Below are positions 45,295-54,748 of a stretch of 64,000 nt of DNA, one piece after another. The notes under the pieces are model-generated. The model made no database searches, had not been told where the DNA came from, and saw nothing but the letters and a program-made list of their open reading frames with translations. The first letter of the stretch is position 1; every line of letters starts with the position of its first letter. The translations under genes were made by a program, and so were the position numbers. Source of the DNA: Candidatus Delongbacteria bacterium (lineage in GTDB: Bacteria > CAIWAD01); the NCBI GenBank assembly GCA_963663545.1, contig OY760505.1:2304001-2368000 (forward strand), given 5' to 3'.

Positions 45295-46029
45295 TTGAAG
45301 AAGGAACTGCATTTGTTAATCGAGCTGCAGAAGATCGATAATCAGTTCCGCGAGCTGGAGATCTCCAAGGGCACCCTGCCACAGGAGCTGGCCCGCCTGG
45401 AAAAGGAAGAGCAAGATCTGCGCGTAAGTCGTGGCGCACTCGAATCCCGGCTTACTGAGCTTGGGAAAGAGGTGACGACCTGCGAGAAGCGGGATGGCGA
45501 GCTTAAGAACAAGATCGCCCACCTGCAGGAGCGCCTCTTCGCTACTCAAACCAACCAGGAATATGAGGCGGTGACTCGCGAAATCGACTGGCATCAGGAT
45601 CAGTTGAGCGAGAACGAGTTGCGCATGCAGCAAGGCATGGAGCAGCAGGAAGAGCTGCAAACCGACCTTGGCAGCAGTGCCGATCGTGCCGCTGAATTGG
45701 AGGGCATGCTGGGACGCATGCGCGAACAATACGGCGAGCAGAACGCAGCCACCGCTGACCGGGCCAAGGAGCTCGAGGTTCAGCGTGAGGAGCTGGTGGG
45801 GCAGATTCCGCGTCAGCTTCTCTCGCACTATGAGCGTATCCGCAAAGCCAAGGATGGCCGTGGCGTCGTGAGTGTCTACCACGGCAGCTCCTGCGGTGGA
45901 TGCTTTCAGACCTTGCCTCCGCATCGGATCAACCAGATCCGTCGGATGAACGAAGTGACCTTCTGCGAGATCTGTGGACGTTTCCTTGTCAGCGATCTGC
46001 TCGAGGAGCTGGAGTCCGCAAGGGGCTGA
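45295..46029 (+). CDS. Coiled-coil C4 zinc-ribbon protein (DUF164/CT398-like)
   Basis: LIELQKID, long coiled coil, YERIR, CGGC...CEICGRFL; AAGGAGG SD and TTG start. Confidence 0.9.
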   Translation: MKKELHLLIELQKIDNQFRELEISKGTLPQELARLEKEEQDLRVSRGALESRLTELGKEVTTCEKRDGELKNKIAHLQERLFATQTNQEYEAVTREIDWHQDQLSENELRMQQGMEQQEELQTDLGSSADRAAELEGMLGRMREQYGEQNAATADRAKELEVQREELVGQIPRQLLSHYERIRKAKDGRGVVSVYHGSSCGGCFQTLPPHRINQIRRMNEVTFCEICGRFLVSDLLEELESARG

Positions 46030-46050
46030 TGGTCCACTATTTGTGACCCA

Positions 46051-46420
46051 GGGCCGGAGCAGGCCCGTGGCCGCCGTACCTTATTCAGTGGTGCGGAGGA
46101 AAGTCCGGACTTCATAGGGCAGGACGCCCGTATGGGGCGCCGCGAGGCGACGGAAAGTGCCACAGAAAATATACCGCCAGCCTTCGGGTTGGTAAGGGTG
46201 AAATGGTGCGGCCCGGGAGCAACCGGGCTTAATGTAAGAGCGCACCGCGCGACGGGTAATCGTCGTGGCAGGGTAAACCCCGTCCGAAGCAAGACCAAGC
46301 AGGTCCCGTGGACGGCCCGTTCGGTGATGTGAATCACCAGGGACCGGGTAGGTCGCGTAGATCAATGGCCACACGGCCTTCGGGCCGAACAGAATCCGGC
46401 TTATGACCTGCTCCGGCCCC
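46051..46420 (+). ncRNA. rnpB: RNase P RNA, bacterial type A
   Basis: GAGGAAAGTCC, GGAAAGTGCCACAGAAA, GGGTGAAA, GGTAAACCCC, GCAAG, AACAGAATCCGGCTTA; P1 gggccggagcagg / cctgctccggccc. Confidence 0.97.
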
Positions 46421-46470
46421 GGGTTCACAAACCTCTGGATGTGTTGAGATTATGAATACATGGAGAAAGC

Positions 46471-48258
46471 ATGGATCTTCTGTGGGTTCACCCGGGAGAT
46501 CTGCAACATGACCAGAGGGTACTAGATGTCGCGAACACCCTGACATTGCCTCCTGCCATTGCCGCCGTACTGGTGGGCAACGGCATCGAATCTCCTGAGG
46601 CCGTAAAGGCTTATTTCAATCCTGGTGTCGAGCAGCTACACAATCCGTTGCTCATGCGGGATATGCAGGTGGCCGTTGACCACCTTTACGATGCGTTGCT
46701 GGAAAGGCAGCGAATCGTGTTGTATGGAGATTACGATGTCGATGGTGTTACCTCGGTCGCGTTGCTATATCTCTTCCTCAAGGACATCGGTGGCGATGTT
46801 CTCTACCACATTCCTGAGCGGAAGCGGGAAGGTTACGGCCTTTCCATCGAAGCGGTGGAAGACATACACCGTGAGGGTGGCCGTCTGCTGCTGACCGTCG
46901 ATACCGGGACCACGGCGCACGCCGAGATCGCCCGGGCCCGCGAGCTGGGAATGGAAGTCATTGTTTGTGACCATCATCAGGCAGCCGAGGAACTGCCTGT
47001 GGCCACAGCGATTCTAAACCCCAAACGCGCAGACGACGAGTATCCCTTCAAGGAGCTTGCCGCCGTCGGTGTGGCCTACAAGCTGGGGCAGGCGCTGGTG
47101 GAGCGGCTCGGTCTGGATCAGAGCGTGCTGCACCGCTACCTGGACCTGGTGGCCATCGGCAGTGCGGCGGACATTGTGCCACTGCGCGGAGAAAACCGCG
47201 TGCTGGCCAGTCTAGGGCTGCGCAAACTGAACCAGCGGCCGTTGACGGGCGTGGGCGCTCTGCTCAATGTCAGCGGGTTGGTACGTCGTGAAGTGGGCGT
47301 CAGCGGCATCATTTTCGGGCTGGCGCCGCGCATCAACGCCGTGGGCCGCCTGGGCAGTGCCGAACGAGCGGTGCGTTTGCTGGTGACCAAGGATCGTGAG
47401 ACGGCGCGTAGCGTCGCTCAGGTGCTGGAGCAAGAAAACCGCCAGCGCAAGTCCATTGATCACAACACCCTGGACGACGCACTGGTGAAGGTGGAGCAGG
47501 AGTGCGATCTGGAGAACGATCGCGTCATCGTGCTTGCCAAGCGCATGTGGCACAGCGGAGTTATTGGCATTGTTGCCAGCCGGATCATCGAGAAGTATCA
47601 CCGTCCGACGGTGATGATCACAGTGGATGAGGACGGTCTGGGCAAGGGCAGTGCGCGCAGCATTCCCGGCTTCGACATCTACGAGGCACTCAAAGCCAAC
47701 GAAGATCTGCTGGAGCAGTTCGGCGGGCACAAGTACGCGGCCGGGCTCACCATTCGCGAGGAGAACATTCCCGCGCTACGTGAGCGACTCAAGAACTGGT
47801 GCAGCAAACGATTGGGCGACGGTGATTTGGTGCCGCGTTTGCGCATCGATTGCGAAATCGATCTGGATGCCATTAATCGCGAGTTTCTGGATCTGCTCAA
47901 GCGCTTCGCACCTTACGGTCCCAAAAACCAGCAGCCGCTGTTTCTGACCCGCAATGTGACTATGGTGGGTGAGCCGCGCATTGTCGGCAACGGACATTTG
48001 TTTGGTCGCGTGGTACAGGACGGCATCGAATACGATTTCATCGGCTACGGCAAATCGCGCCTGCTGGATGGCCTGGGCGGCGATGGTGATGCGGTGGATT
48101 TGGTGTATTCGGTGGCTGACAATCAGTGGCGCGGCCGCAGTTGCATTCAGTTGCAGATTCGCGATATCTGCGCGACGGGCTTCCGCACAATGGTTCCACG
48201 GGAAGTGCGTGATACAGAGGTCGACGAAGAGCTTGATCTACAGGAAGAGGAAGAATGA
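46471..48258 (+). CDS. recJ: Single-stranded-DNA exonuclease RecJ
   Basis: YGDYDVDG, TVDTG, CDHH, PRINAVGR, GSARS, FGGHKYAAG. Confidence 0.97.
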   Translation: MDLLWVHPGDLQHDQRVLDVANTLTLPPAIAAVLVGNGIESPEAVKAYFNPGVEQLHNPLLMRDMQVAVDHLYDALLERQRIVLYGDYDVDGVTSVALLYLFLKDIGGDVLYHIPERKREGYGLSIEAVEDIHREGGRLLLTVDTGTTAHAEIARARELGMEVIVCDHHQAAEELPVATAILNPKRADDEYPFKELAAVGVAYKLGQALVERLGLDQSVLHRYLDLVAIGSAADIVPLRGENRVLASLGLRKLNQRPLTGVGALLNVSGLVRREVGVSGIIFGLAPRINAVGRLGSAERAVRLLVTKDRETARSVAQVLEQENRQRKSIDHNTLDDALVKVEQECDLENDRVIVLAKRMWHSGVIGIVASRIIEKYHRPTVMITVDEDGLGKGSARSIPGFDIYEALKANEDLLEQFGGHKYAAGLTIREENIPALRERLKNWCSKRLGDGDLVPRLRIDCEIDLDAINREFLDLLKRFAPYGPKNQQPLFLTRNVTMVGEPRIVGNGHLFGRVVQDGIEYDFIGYGKSRLLDGLGGDGDAVDLVYSVADNQWRGRSCIQLQIRDICATGFRTMVPREVRDTEVDEELDLQEEEE

Positions 48259-49058
48259 GCCACGTCGGCTTTGAAGAATTCCCTTCCTTTTCTGCGCTTG
48301 CGGTGGATTTTGGCCGCTTGCGATTTGATCGCGGTCAGCGTGTGGGGCGCGGAGGAATGCGTCTGCGCACGCAATTGCATGTGGCACCCTGCCTGCTGCG
48401 TTTGCCTGGAGATCGGTTGGTGATGGTGGATACGGGCTTCGATCCGGCGCTTCCTGCACGGGAAGTGGGTGTGGAATGGCTGCCGCCACAACTGAATCCG
48501 CTGGATCAGCTTTCTGCGCAGGGCATCTGGCCCGACGACATTTCGGACGTGGTGCTCACGCATCTGCATTCGGATCACGCCACCGGCCTGCTTGACCGTG
48601 AGACAGGAAAAAGCCTATTTCCCAACGCCGGAATTCATGTGCAGCGATTGGCGCTGCAGCACGCGCAGGAGTCGCTAGCGAAAGGACCGCAGCACTTCCT
48701 CGATCGTGTCCTCGTGGAGTGGCTTGTATCACATCCGCGCCTTGAGGTCCACGAAGAACGCTGGCAATTGTGCGAGGAGCTGCGTGCGATTCACACGGGC
48801 GGTCACACGCCGGGGCATCAGGTCTTGTTTGCGGGCGAGGAGCCGGGAGACGAGAATGCCTGTCTGCTACTAGGCGGGGACATGATTCCCCTGGTGACTG
48901 CGCTGGAAGAACGCTTTCGCTCCAGTAGTGATATGGAACCCGATACTGCCGCGAGCGAGCGCGAAGTGCTCCGCGGCTTTGGTGGTCGTTTGACCTATTA
49001 CTTGTATCACGCGGCACCCGGAACGCGCTTTCATCGGGCGTCGTCGCGAACAAGCTGA
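48255..49058 (+). CDS. Metallo-beta-lactamase fold hydrolase
   Basis: THLHSDH, GHTPGH, GD. Confidence 0.85.
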   Translation: MSHVGFEEFPSFSALAVDFGRLRFDRGQRVGRGGMRLRTQLHVAPCLLRLPGDRLVMVDTGFDPALPAREVGVEWLPPQLNPLDQLSAQGIWPDDISDVVLTHLHSDHATGLLDRETGKSLFPNAGIHVQRLALQHAQESLAKGPQHFLDRVLVEWLVSHPRLEVHEERWQLCEELRAIHTGGHTPGHQVLFAGEEPGDENACLLLGGDMIPLVTALEERFRSSSDMEPDTAASEREVLRGFGGRLTYYLYHAAPGTRFHRASSRTS

Positions 49059-49073
49059 CAAGGAGACAGAAAG

Positions 49074-49562
49074 GTGCTCAATTCCAGACGGGCGGCCCGT
49101 GAGATGGCTGTGTTGATTCTTTACGCACAGCAGACCTCCGGACTTCCGCTTAGCGAGGTCATGGATCGCACCTGGGAGCTGATCCGCCGGCTCGAGTTGG
49201 AGCTTGAACCGGAAGAACGGCTGGATCCGGGCGAACTCGACCGGGATTCGGTCTACGGCAAGTTCATGCGCGAACTGGTGCTCAAGACCATCCGTGATAC
49301 GGAAGTCATCGATCAGATTATTGCCGAGCGTGCCCACAAGTGGGATCTGGAGCGTATTGCGCGTCTGGATCGTATCATCATGCGTGTGGGTATTGCCGAG
49401 ATGCTGCACTTCCCGGACATCCCAGACAAGGTTTCGATTAACGAAGCCATCGAGATTGGCAAGAAGTACTCGACAGACAATAGCGGCAAGTTCATCAACG
49501 GCATCCTGGACAGCGTCAAATCGCTGATCCCCGAACTGCGCAAGCGCTTCGACGAGGAGTAA
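49074..49562 (+). CDS. nusB: Transcription antitermination factor NusB
   Basis: RRAARE, WDLERIARLDR, VSINEAIEIGKKYS, FINGILD. Confidence 0.95.
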   Translation: MLNSRRAAREMAVLILYAQQTSGLPLSEVMDRTWELIRRLELELEPEERLDPGELDRDSVYGKFMRELVLKTIRDTEVIDQIIAERAHKWDLERIARLDRIIMRVGIAEMLHFPDIPDKVSINEAIEIGKKYSTDNSGKFINGILDSVKSLIPELRKRFDEE

Positions 49563-50716
49563 TGACCGGCGGTCTGATGATCGTGGCCGGTGAGCCCTCG
49601 GGGGATACGATTGCTGCGCACGCGCTGCGCGAGCTGAAACCGCTTGTGTCACAGGATCTACCGGTCTTTGGCGTGGGTGGTGATGAGCTTGCAGCTGCGG
49701 GCATGGATCTGTGTCACCATTACCGCGATATCGCTGTGATGGGTGTTGCCGATGTGATACGTACTCTCGGCCGGGTGCTTGGCGCGATCCGTCAGGTGGA
49801 AGCACTTGCGCGAGAACGCAAGCCGGATGTACTGCTATTGGTTGACTTCCCCGGTTTCAACCTGAGGCTGGCCAAGCGTCTCCACGGCATTGTTCCACGA
49901 GTCGTGTATTACATCAGTCCGAAGTACTGGGCCTGGAAACGGAACCGTCTGCACTCGGTGATACGACACACGGACTGCCAGCTGTTGATCTTTCCGTTTG
50001 AGGAAGCCGACTACCGGAAACTGGGCGCTCCTGCCGAGTATGTGGGGCATCCGGTTCTTGACCTGGTGCAGCAGGCGCCGGTGCATAGCGACGCGCGGTT
50101 GAAGCTCGGACTGCGTCCGGATCAGCCTGCGGTTGCCCTTTTCCCGGGCAGCCGTTCGGGAGAGTTGAAGCGCCACCTTCCAGTACTACAACAATGTGTC
50201 ACCATGCTTGAAGATATGGAGCTGCAGCTCATACTGCAGTTGCCAGCAGGTGTGGACAAGACAACTGCAGAAGATGCTGAGTATCGCTTTCGAGCTTGTC
50301 GCGTGATACGCGGCGAAGTGTATACTGTCCTCTCTGCGGTCGATGTAGCGCTTGTGGCCAGCGGAACTCTCAGTCTGGAGGCAGCCGCGCTTGGGCTTCC
50401 GCACCTTGTGTATTACAAGATTGATCGGCTAGCCTGGCAACTGGCGAAACTCTTTGTCCGCCTTCGTTATGTATCACCCGCGAACATCGTTGCAGAACGG
50501 GAGCTTGTTCCCGAGTTCCTACAGGACGATGCTTCACCCACACGCATGGCCAATTGGGTGCTCAAACGGTTACAGCAGTGGAATCCCGCACCTGGCGTTG
50601 TGGATGCAAGTCTGCGTGATACGGTGACACAAGTCCTTGGCGGCCCCGGTGCAAGCAAACGTGCGGCAGAAGCCCTCTTTCGCGAGCTCAAGGAGACGCG
50701 CAATGGCCAGAGTTAA
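49562..50716 (+). CDS. lpxB: Lipid-A-disaccharide synthase
   Basis: AGEPSGD, VDFPGFN, YYISPKYWAW, VGHP, FPGSR..E, ASGT. Confidence 0.95.
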   Translation: MTGGLMIVAGEPSGDTIAAHALRELKPLVSQDLPVFGVGGDELAAAGMDLCHHYRDIAVMGVADVIRTLGRVLGAIRQVEALARERKPDVLLLVDFPGFNLRLAKRLHGIVPRVVYYISPKYWAWKRNRLHSVIRHTDCQLLIFPFEEADYRKLGAPAEYVGHPVLDLVQQAPVHSDARLKLGLRPDQPAVALFPGSRSGELKRHLPVLQQCVTMLEDMELQLILQLPAGVDKTTAEDAEYRFRACRVIRGEVYTVLSAVDVALVASGTLSLEAAALGLPHLVYYKIDRLAWQLAKLFVRLRYVSPANIVAERELVPEFLQDDASPTRMANWVLKRLQQWNPAPGVVDASLRDTVTQVLGGPGASKRAAEALFRELKETRNGQS

Positions 50717-51383
50717 GGACCTTCGACGCCGCGCACAAACCTGGCTAGTGGGTGAGTTGGGATGGATTCTGCTGCGACTGCTGCGACTGACAGTCAGACC
50801 AAGGCTAGTGAACCGCGAGCTCTTTGATCGACTTCGCAAAGAGCGGCGCACATTTTTGGTCGCCTTCTGGCATGGCCGCCTGCTGTACCCGGCAATGGCG
50901 CATTCCAATCTGGGTATCACGCCGCTGATCTCGCTTTCACGCGATGGCGAGATGATTGCTCGCACGATTGAGAAGCTTGGCTATCGCACGATACGCGGAT
51001 CGGGTTCGCGCGGCAGCCGCAAAGCGATGGATGAGATGATAGCCTTGGCCAAACAGCCGGGGCAGATTCTAGTGATAACACCTGACGGTCCGCGTGGCCC
51101 GCGTCATGTGCTGCAACCCGGTACGGTGAAGATTGCGCGCGAGGCTGGCATTCCCATCATGCCGCTCTCGTTTGCCACAGCAAAGCCGATTGTTTTTGGC
51201 AGCTGGGATCGTTTTCAGTTCTGGAAACCCTTTTCGCGGCTGGTAATGATCTATGGCGATCTGATCGAGCTGGATCCGGAGGGCGATTTTGCTGAGCAGG
51301 TGGAAATGGTACGACAGCGACTGATCGAAATTGAAGAGCGCTGTGATACATGCTTCGGCAAGGATGGCCGCGATAATGGCTGA
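50703..51383 (+). CDS. DUF374 acyltransferase (LpxJ-like)
   Basis: FWHGR, S.SRDGE, IRGS, ITPDGPRGP, SWDRF..KPF; between lpxB and lpxK. Confidence 0.85.
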   Translation: MARVKDLRRRAQTWLVGELGWILLRLLRLTVRPRLVNRELFDRLRKERRTFLVAFWHGRLLYPAMAHSNLGITPLISLSRDGEMIARTIEKLGYRTIRGSGSRGSRKAMDEMIALAKQPGQILVITPDGPRGPRHVLQPGTVKIAREAGIPIMPLSFATAKPIVFGSWDRFQFWKPFSRLVMIYGDLIELDPEGDFAEQVEMVRQRLIEIEERCDTCFGKDGRDNG

Positions 51384-52431
51384 CCCGCGCAAGATATTGT
51401 GCAACCTGCCTTGGGCTCTCATGAGCGGATTGCGCAACTGGTGCTACGATAGAGGCTTTTTGTCATCAGTGCCAGCACCGGTTCCCGTTGTTTGCATTGG
51501 AAACATTAGCGTGGGCGGCAGTGGCAAAACTCCGCTAGTGATACATCTTGCCCGCGAACTCCTCGCCGGACGCGTGCCGGAAATCGTCGCATCGGTGATA
51601 CACAAGCCTGCTAAACCCGGTGTTCTGCTGCGTGGTTACGGAAGACAGAGTCGGGGATACGTACTTGTATCACGAGGTGATGACACCCTGGTCGATGTTT
51701 ACACATCCGGCGATGAAGCGCGACTGCTGGCAAAATCCTGCAAAGGTGTTCCCGTAGCTGTTTGCGAAGACCGAGTCGAAGGAGTGCGGCAACTTGCTGC
51801 ATTGGGTGTTGACCTTGTTTTGCTGGACGACGGCTTTCAACACCGGCGGCTTAAACGTGATCTGGATCTGCTGGTTTGGGATTGCCGCTTCGATCCTGAA
51901 AAGGAATGCCTTCTGCCCATTGGCCGATTGCGCGAATCGCCTTTGGCTGCAGCTCGTGCCAGTGCCTTGATCTTCAGTAGACCACGATCCTTGAAGGAAC
52001 TGGATGCACGCCGTCGCTGGTTCGGCGCTCATGCAAAGACAAGACATCTAGCGCAATGGTCAATGGAGCACCGTACAACAGATCTTCGCCCTGCAGCGGG
52101 CTCCAGCGCAGAACTGCTCGCCGAAGGCGCGCGCTACGGCTTGTTCTGCGGTCTTGGCAATCCGCAGCAATTCTTCCGCATGCAGGAGCAGAAGCTGGGG
52201 GTGTCGCAAACCAGTCGCGCCTGGCCCGATCATCACTGGTACACAATGGCGGATCTCCAATGGTTGCGTGATACGCTGGCTGCTCAAAGGCTTGATGCCT
52301 GGATCACCACCGCCAAGGACGCCGTGCGGCTGCCGGTGAATCACGGGCTGCCGTTATTGATAGCCGATCTACAGATCTCTCTCGTACCTCTCGGGTCTGG
52401 AACGGGAGCCTCTACCAACACTACATTGTGA
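51376..52431 (+). CDS. lpxK: Tetraacyldisaccharide 4'-kinase
   Basis: GNISVGGSGKTP, RGYG, GDE, LDDGFQH, GRLRE, PDHH, TTAKDAV. Confidence 0.95.
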   Translation: MADPRKILCNLPWALMSGLRNWCYDRGFLSSVPAPVPVVCIGNISVGGSGKTPLVIHLARELLAGRVPEIVASVIHKPAKPGVLLRGYGRQSRGYVLVSRGDDTLVDVYTSGDEARLLAKSCKGVPVAVCEDRVEGVRQLAALGVDLVLLDDGFQHRRLKRDLDLLVWDCRFDPEKECLLPIGRLRESPLAAARASALIFSRPRSLKELDARRRWFGAHAKTRHLAQWSMEHRTTDLRPAAGSSAELLAEGARYGLFCGLGNPQQFFRMQEQKLGVSQTSRAWPDHHWYTMADLQWLRDTLAAQRLDAWITTAKDAVRLPVNHGLPLLIADLQISLVPLGSGTGASTNTTL

Positions 52432-52434
52432 TCC

Positions 52435-54111
52435 ATGTCGCATAACACAAAATCCCTTCCGCCGGAGCAGGTGGATTATCTGGTCATTGGCAGCGGAATT
52501 GCCGGACTGAGTTTTGCGTTGGACGTGGCCGATTCCGGCAGTGTATTGCTGCTGACCAAGTCCAGTCTGGACAACACGGCTACACGCCGCGCACAGGGCG
52601 GTATTGCTTCTGTGCTGGCGCGCGACGATACCTTTGAACAGCACGAGCGTGATACACTCAAGGCAGGTGGCGATCTGTGTCACATGGACGCGGTCCGTAC
52701 CATTGTCGAAGAAGGTCCGGCCAGCATCGACTGGCTTGTAGAAAAGGGCACTCGTTTTACTCGACTACCCGGCGGCTTCTTTGACCTGGGGCGCGAAGGC
52801 GGCCACACACGCAATCGCATTGTTCATTTCGATGATCTGACAGGAGCCGAGATCGAGCGTGCGTTGCTGGACCGTGTTCGTGAGCATCCCAATATTCAGA
52901 CCCTGGAGCACTGGGTGGCTGTTGATCTGATCACCAGTCATCATTTGCCGCCGAGTCACCGGCAGGATGGCGGCCCCTGCTTTGGCGTTTACGCTATGGC
53001 GCAGGACGATGTGCACGAGGGCAGTGTCTGTCGCATTCTCGCGCGTATCACAGTGCTGGCAACAGGCGGTGCAGGGCAAGTATACCTGCATACCTCAAAT
53101 CCGGATGTCGCGACCGGCGACGGTGTTGCACTTGTCTACCGGGCTGGTGGTGCGCTAGCCAATCTGGAGTTTTTCCAGTTCCATCCTACCACTTTGTATC
53201 ACCCGGAAGCGCACAACATGCTGATCACTGAAGCCCTGCGAGGCCACGGCGCAAAGCTTGTGACACGCGAGGGTAAATCGGTGATGGAGGGCCTGCATCC
53301 CATGGGGGAGCTGGCGCCACGCGATATTGTAGCACGGGGAATTGACGCCTACCTGAAGCGGAGCGGCGAAGAATGCGTGTATTTGGATGCCACGCATCTG
53401 GATTCAAAAGAGCTTGTGCAACGTTTCCCGAACATCGCACGCAATTGCGCCAAGTTGGGGATCGACATTCGCAGCCAGCGCATTCCCGTCGTCCCGGCCG
53501 CGCACTATATGTGTGGCGGCGTTTACAGTGACCTGGATGGGCGGACAACGCTGACTGGCCTCTATGCGGTTGGCGAAGTCGCCTGGACCGGCGTGCACGG
53601 TGCAAATCGTCTCGCTTCCAACAGCCTGCTCGAGGCGGTCGTCTTTGCCCGGCGAGCGGCGGCTAGTGCGAAGCAGGAGTTGCCTGCGCGCAGCATGCCC
53701 GAGGAGCTGATTCCCCAGTGGGACATGGGCACAACGGATTTTGACGATTGGGTGCTCATCGAGCACGATCGCGAAGAGATACGTCGCCTGATGTGGGACT
53801 ACGTCGGCATTGTGCGCTCGGGCACGCGTTTGCGACGCGCACGTTCACGCATGCTATTGATAGCACGTGAGATCGAGGACTTCTACCGTCGCGCGCTCCT
53901 GCGCCCTGAGCTAGTGGAGTTGCGCAATCTGGTGGCGGTGGCCAACCTTATCATCAAAAGCGCACTCTTTCGCGAGGAATCCCGTGGCCTGCACTACCGC
54001 ACGGATTTTCCCGAGCGCGATGATGAGAACTGGTTCCGTGATACCATCATTCGCCGTTCGCAACCGGAGGCGGCCCAGATCGACAATCCGGGAATGCGTC
54101 CGACAGAGTAG
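52435..54111 (+). CDS. nadB: L-aspartate oxidase
   Basis: GSGIAG, AQGGIA, REGGH, QFHPT, TEALRG, HYMCGG, HGANRLASNSLLE, ESRGLHY. Confidence 0.95.
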   Translation: MSHNTKSLPPEQVDYLVIGSGIAGLSFALDVADSGSVLLLTKSSLDNTATRRAQGGIASVLARDDTFEQHERDTLKAGGDLCHMDAVRTIVEEGPASIDWLVEKGTRFTRLPGGFFDLGREGGHTRNRIVHFDDLTGAEIERALLDRVREHPNIQTLEHWVAVDLITSHHLPPSHRQDGGPCFGVYAMAQDDVHEGSVCRILARITVLATGGAGQVYLHTSNPDVATGDGVALVYRAGGALANLEFFQFHPTTLYHPEAHNMLITEALRGHGAKLVTREGKSVMEGLHPMGELAPRDIVARGIDAYLKRSGEECVYLDATHLDSKELVQRFPNIARNCAKLGIDIRSQRIPVVPAAHYMCGGVYSDLDGRTTLTGLYAVGEVAWTGVHGANRLASNSLLEAVVFARRAAASAKQELPARSMPEELIPQWDMGTTDFDDWVLIEHDREEIRRLMWDYVGIVRSGTRLRRARSRMLLIAREIEDFYRRALLRPELVELRNLVAVANLIIKSALFREESRGLHYRTDFPERDDENWFRDTIIRRSQPEAAQIDNPGMRPTE

Positions 54112-54289
54112 CAGCACCCCCTTTTTCTTCCCTGAAGATCGTTCGCGTCGCTGTCAAGAGGGACGGAGAGATCGCTCCGTCAAGCTCATCGCCAACGGCA
54201 ATTCTTGCCCCATAAGGGACTGAGCCTGCAGGACGCCCTTTCCGCCCGACTACCTCGCTTTAGAACTTCAGAACTTACAAGCTCCTGAA

Positions 54290-54333
54290 AATCAGGAGTT
54301 TGATCTTTCACTTCGAGCTGGCATTGCTCTTGC
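54290..54333 (+). promoter_or_regulatory. Sigma54 -24/-12 promoter with upstream IHF-consensus site
   Basis: TGGCATTGCTCTTGC (54319-54333; GG-N10-GC); AATCAGGAGTTTG (54290-54302) fits WATCARNNNNTTR. Confidence 0.65.
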
Positions 54334-54369
54334 CATAGCCCCCTCGTCAGCCACATCCAGGAGTGTGAG

Positions 54370-54735
54370 ATGAGAATCGAAAAGAGCAAGACTTCCCTGA
54401 AGGACAAGAAGGCCCTCTTCGTGCTCGGCGTCGGGTTGGGCTACCAGGTTCGTGCACTCAAACAGCGCGTGGGCCCGGAAACCAAGATCTACGCTATTGA
54501 GCGCTATGAGGACGTTTACCGCAAAGCTGCCGAGACGCAGCACTGGGAAAGCGAAGACGTGGACGGTGTTGAGTTCTGGATCGGCGAGGATGTCGAAGAA
54601 GTCCTGGCCCATCTGGATATGGTCACCGCCGAGATGGCCTCGGAGGAGTGGGACATCGTTACCAACCGTCCATCCATTCGTTTGGACCCCGAGTATTACA
54701 AACGTGTGATACGTGAGCGCGGAATCAACGAGTAG
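54370..54735 (+). CDS. Small protein resembling the N-terminal domain of Maf flagellin glycosyltransferases
   Basis: LFVLGVGLGYQV...IYAIER pattern; AGGAG SD. Confidence 0.5.
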   Translation: MRIEKSKTSLKDKKALFVLGVGLGYQVRALKQRVGPETKIYAIERYEDVYRKAAETQHWESEDVDGVEFWIGEDVEEVLAHLDMVTAEMASEEWDIVTNRPSIRLDPEYYKRVIRERGINE

Positions 54736-54748
54736 CCCTGGATCGATT

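Noticed and set aside
54150..54235. SAM-I riboswitch-like words (GTCAAGAG, GGAGAGA, GCAATTCTTGC)
   Set aside because: The P1 AUC/GAU pairing, GCAAC-P3 and pseudoknot could not be built; it lies upstream of the putative promoter and the downstream genes are not sulfur metabolism
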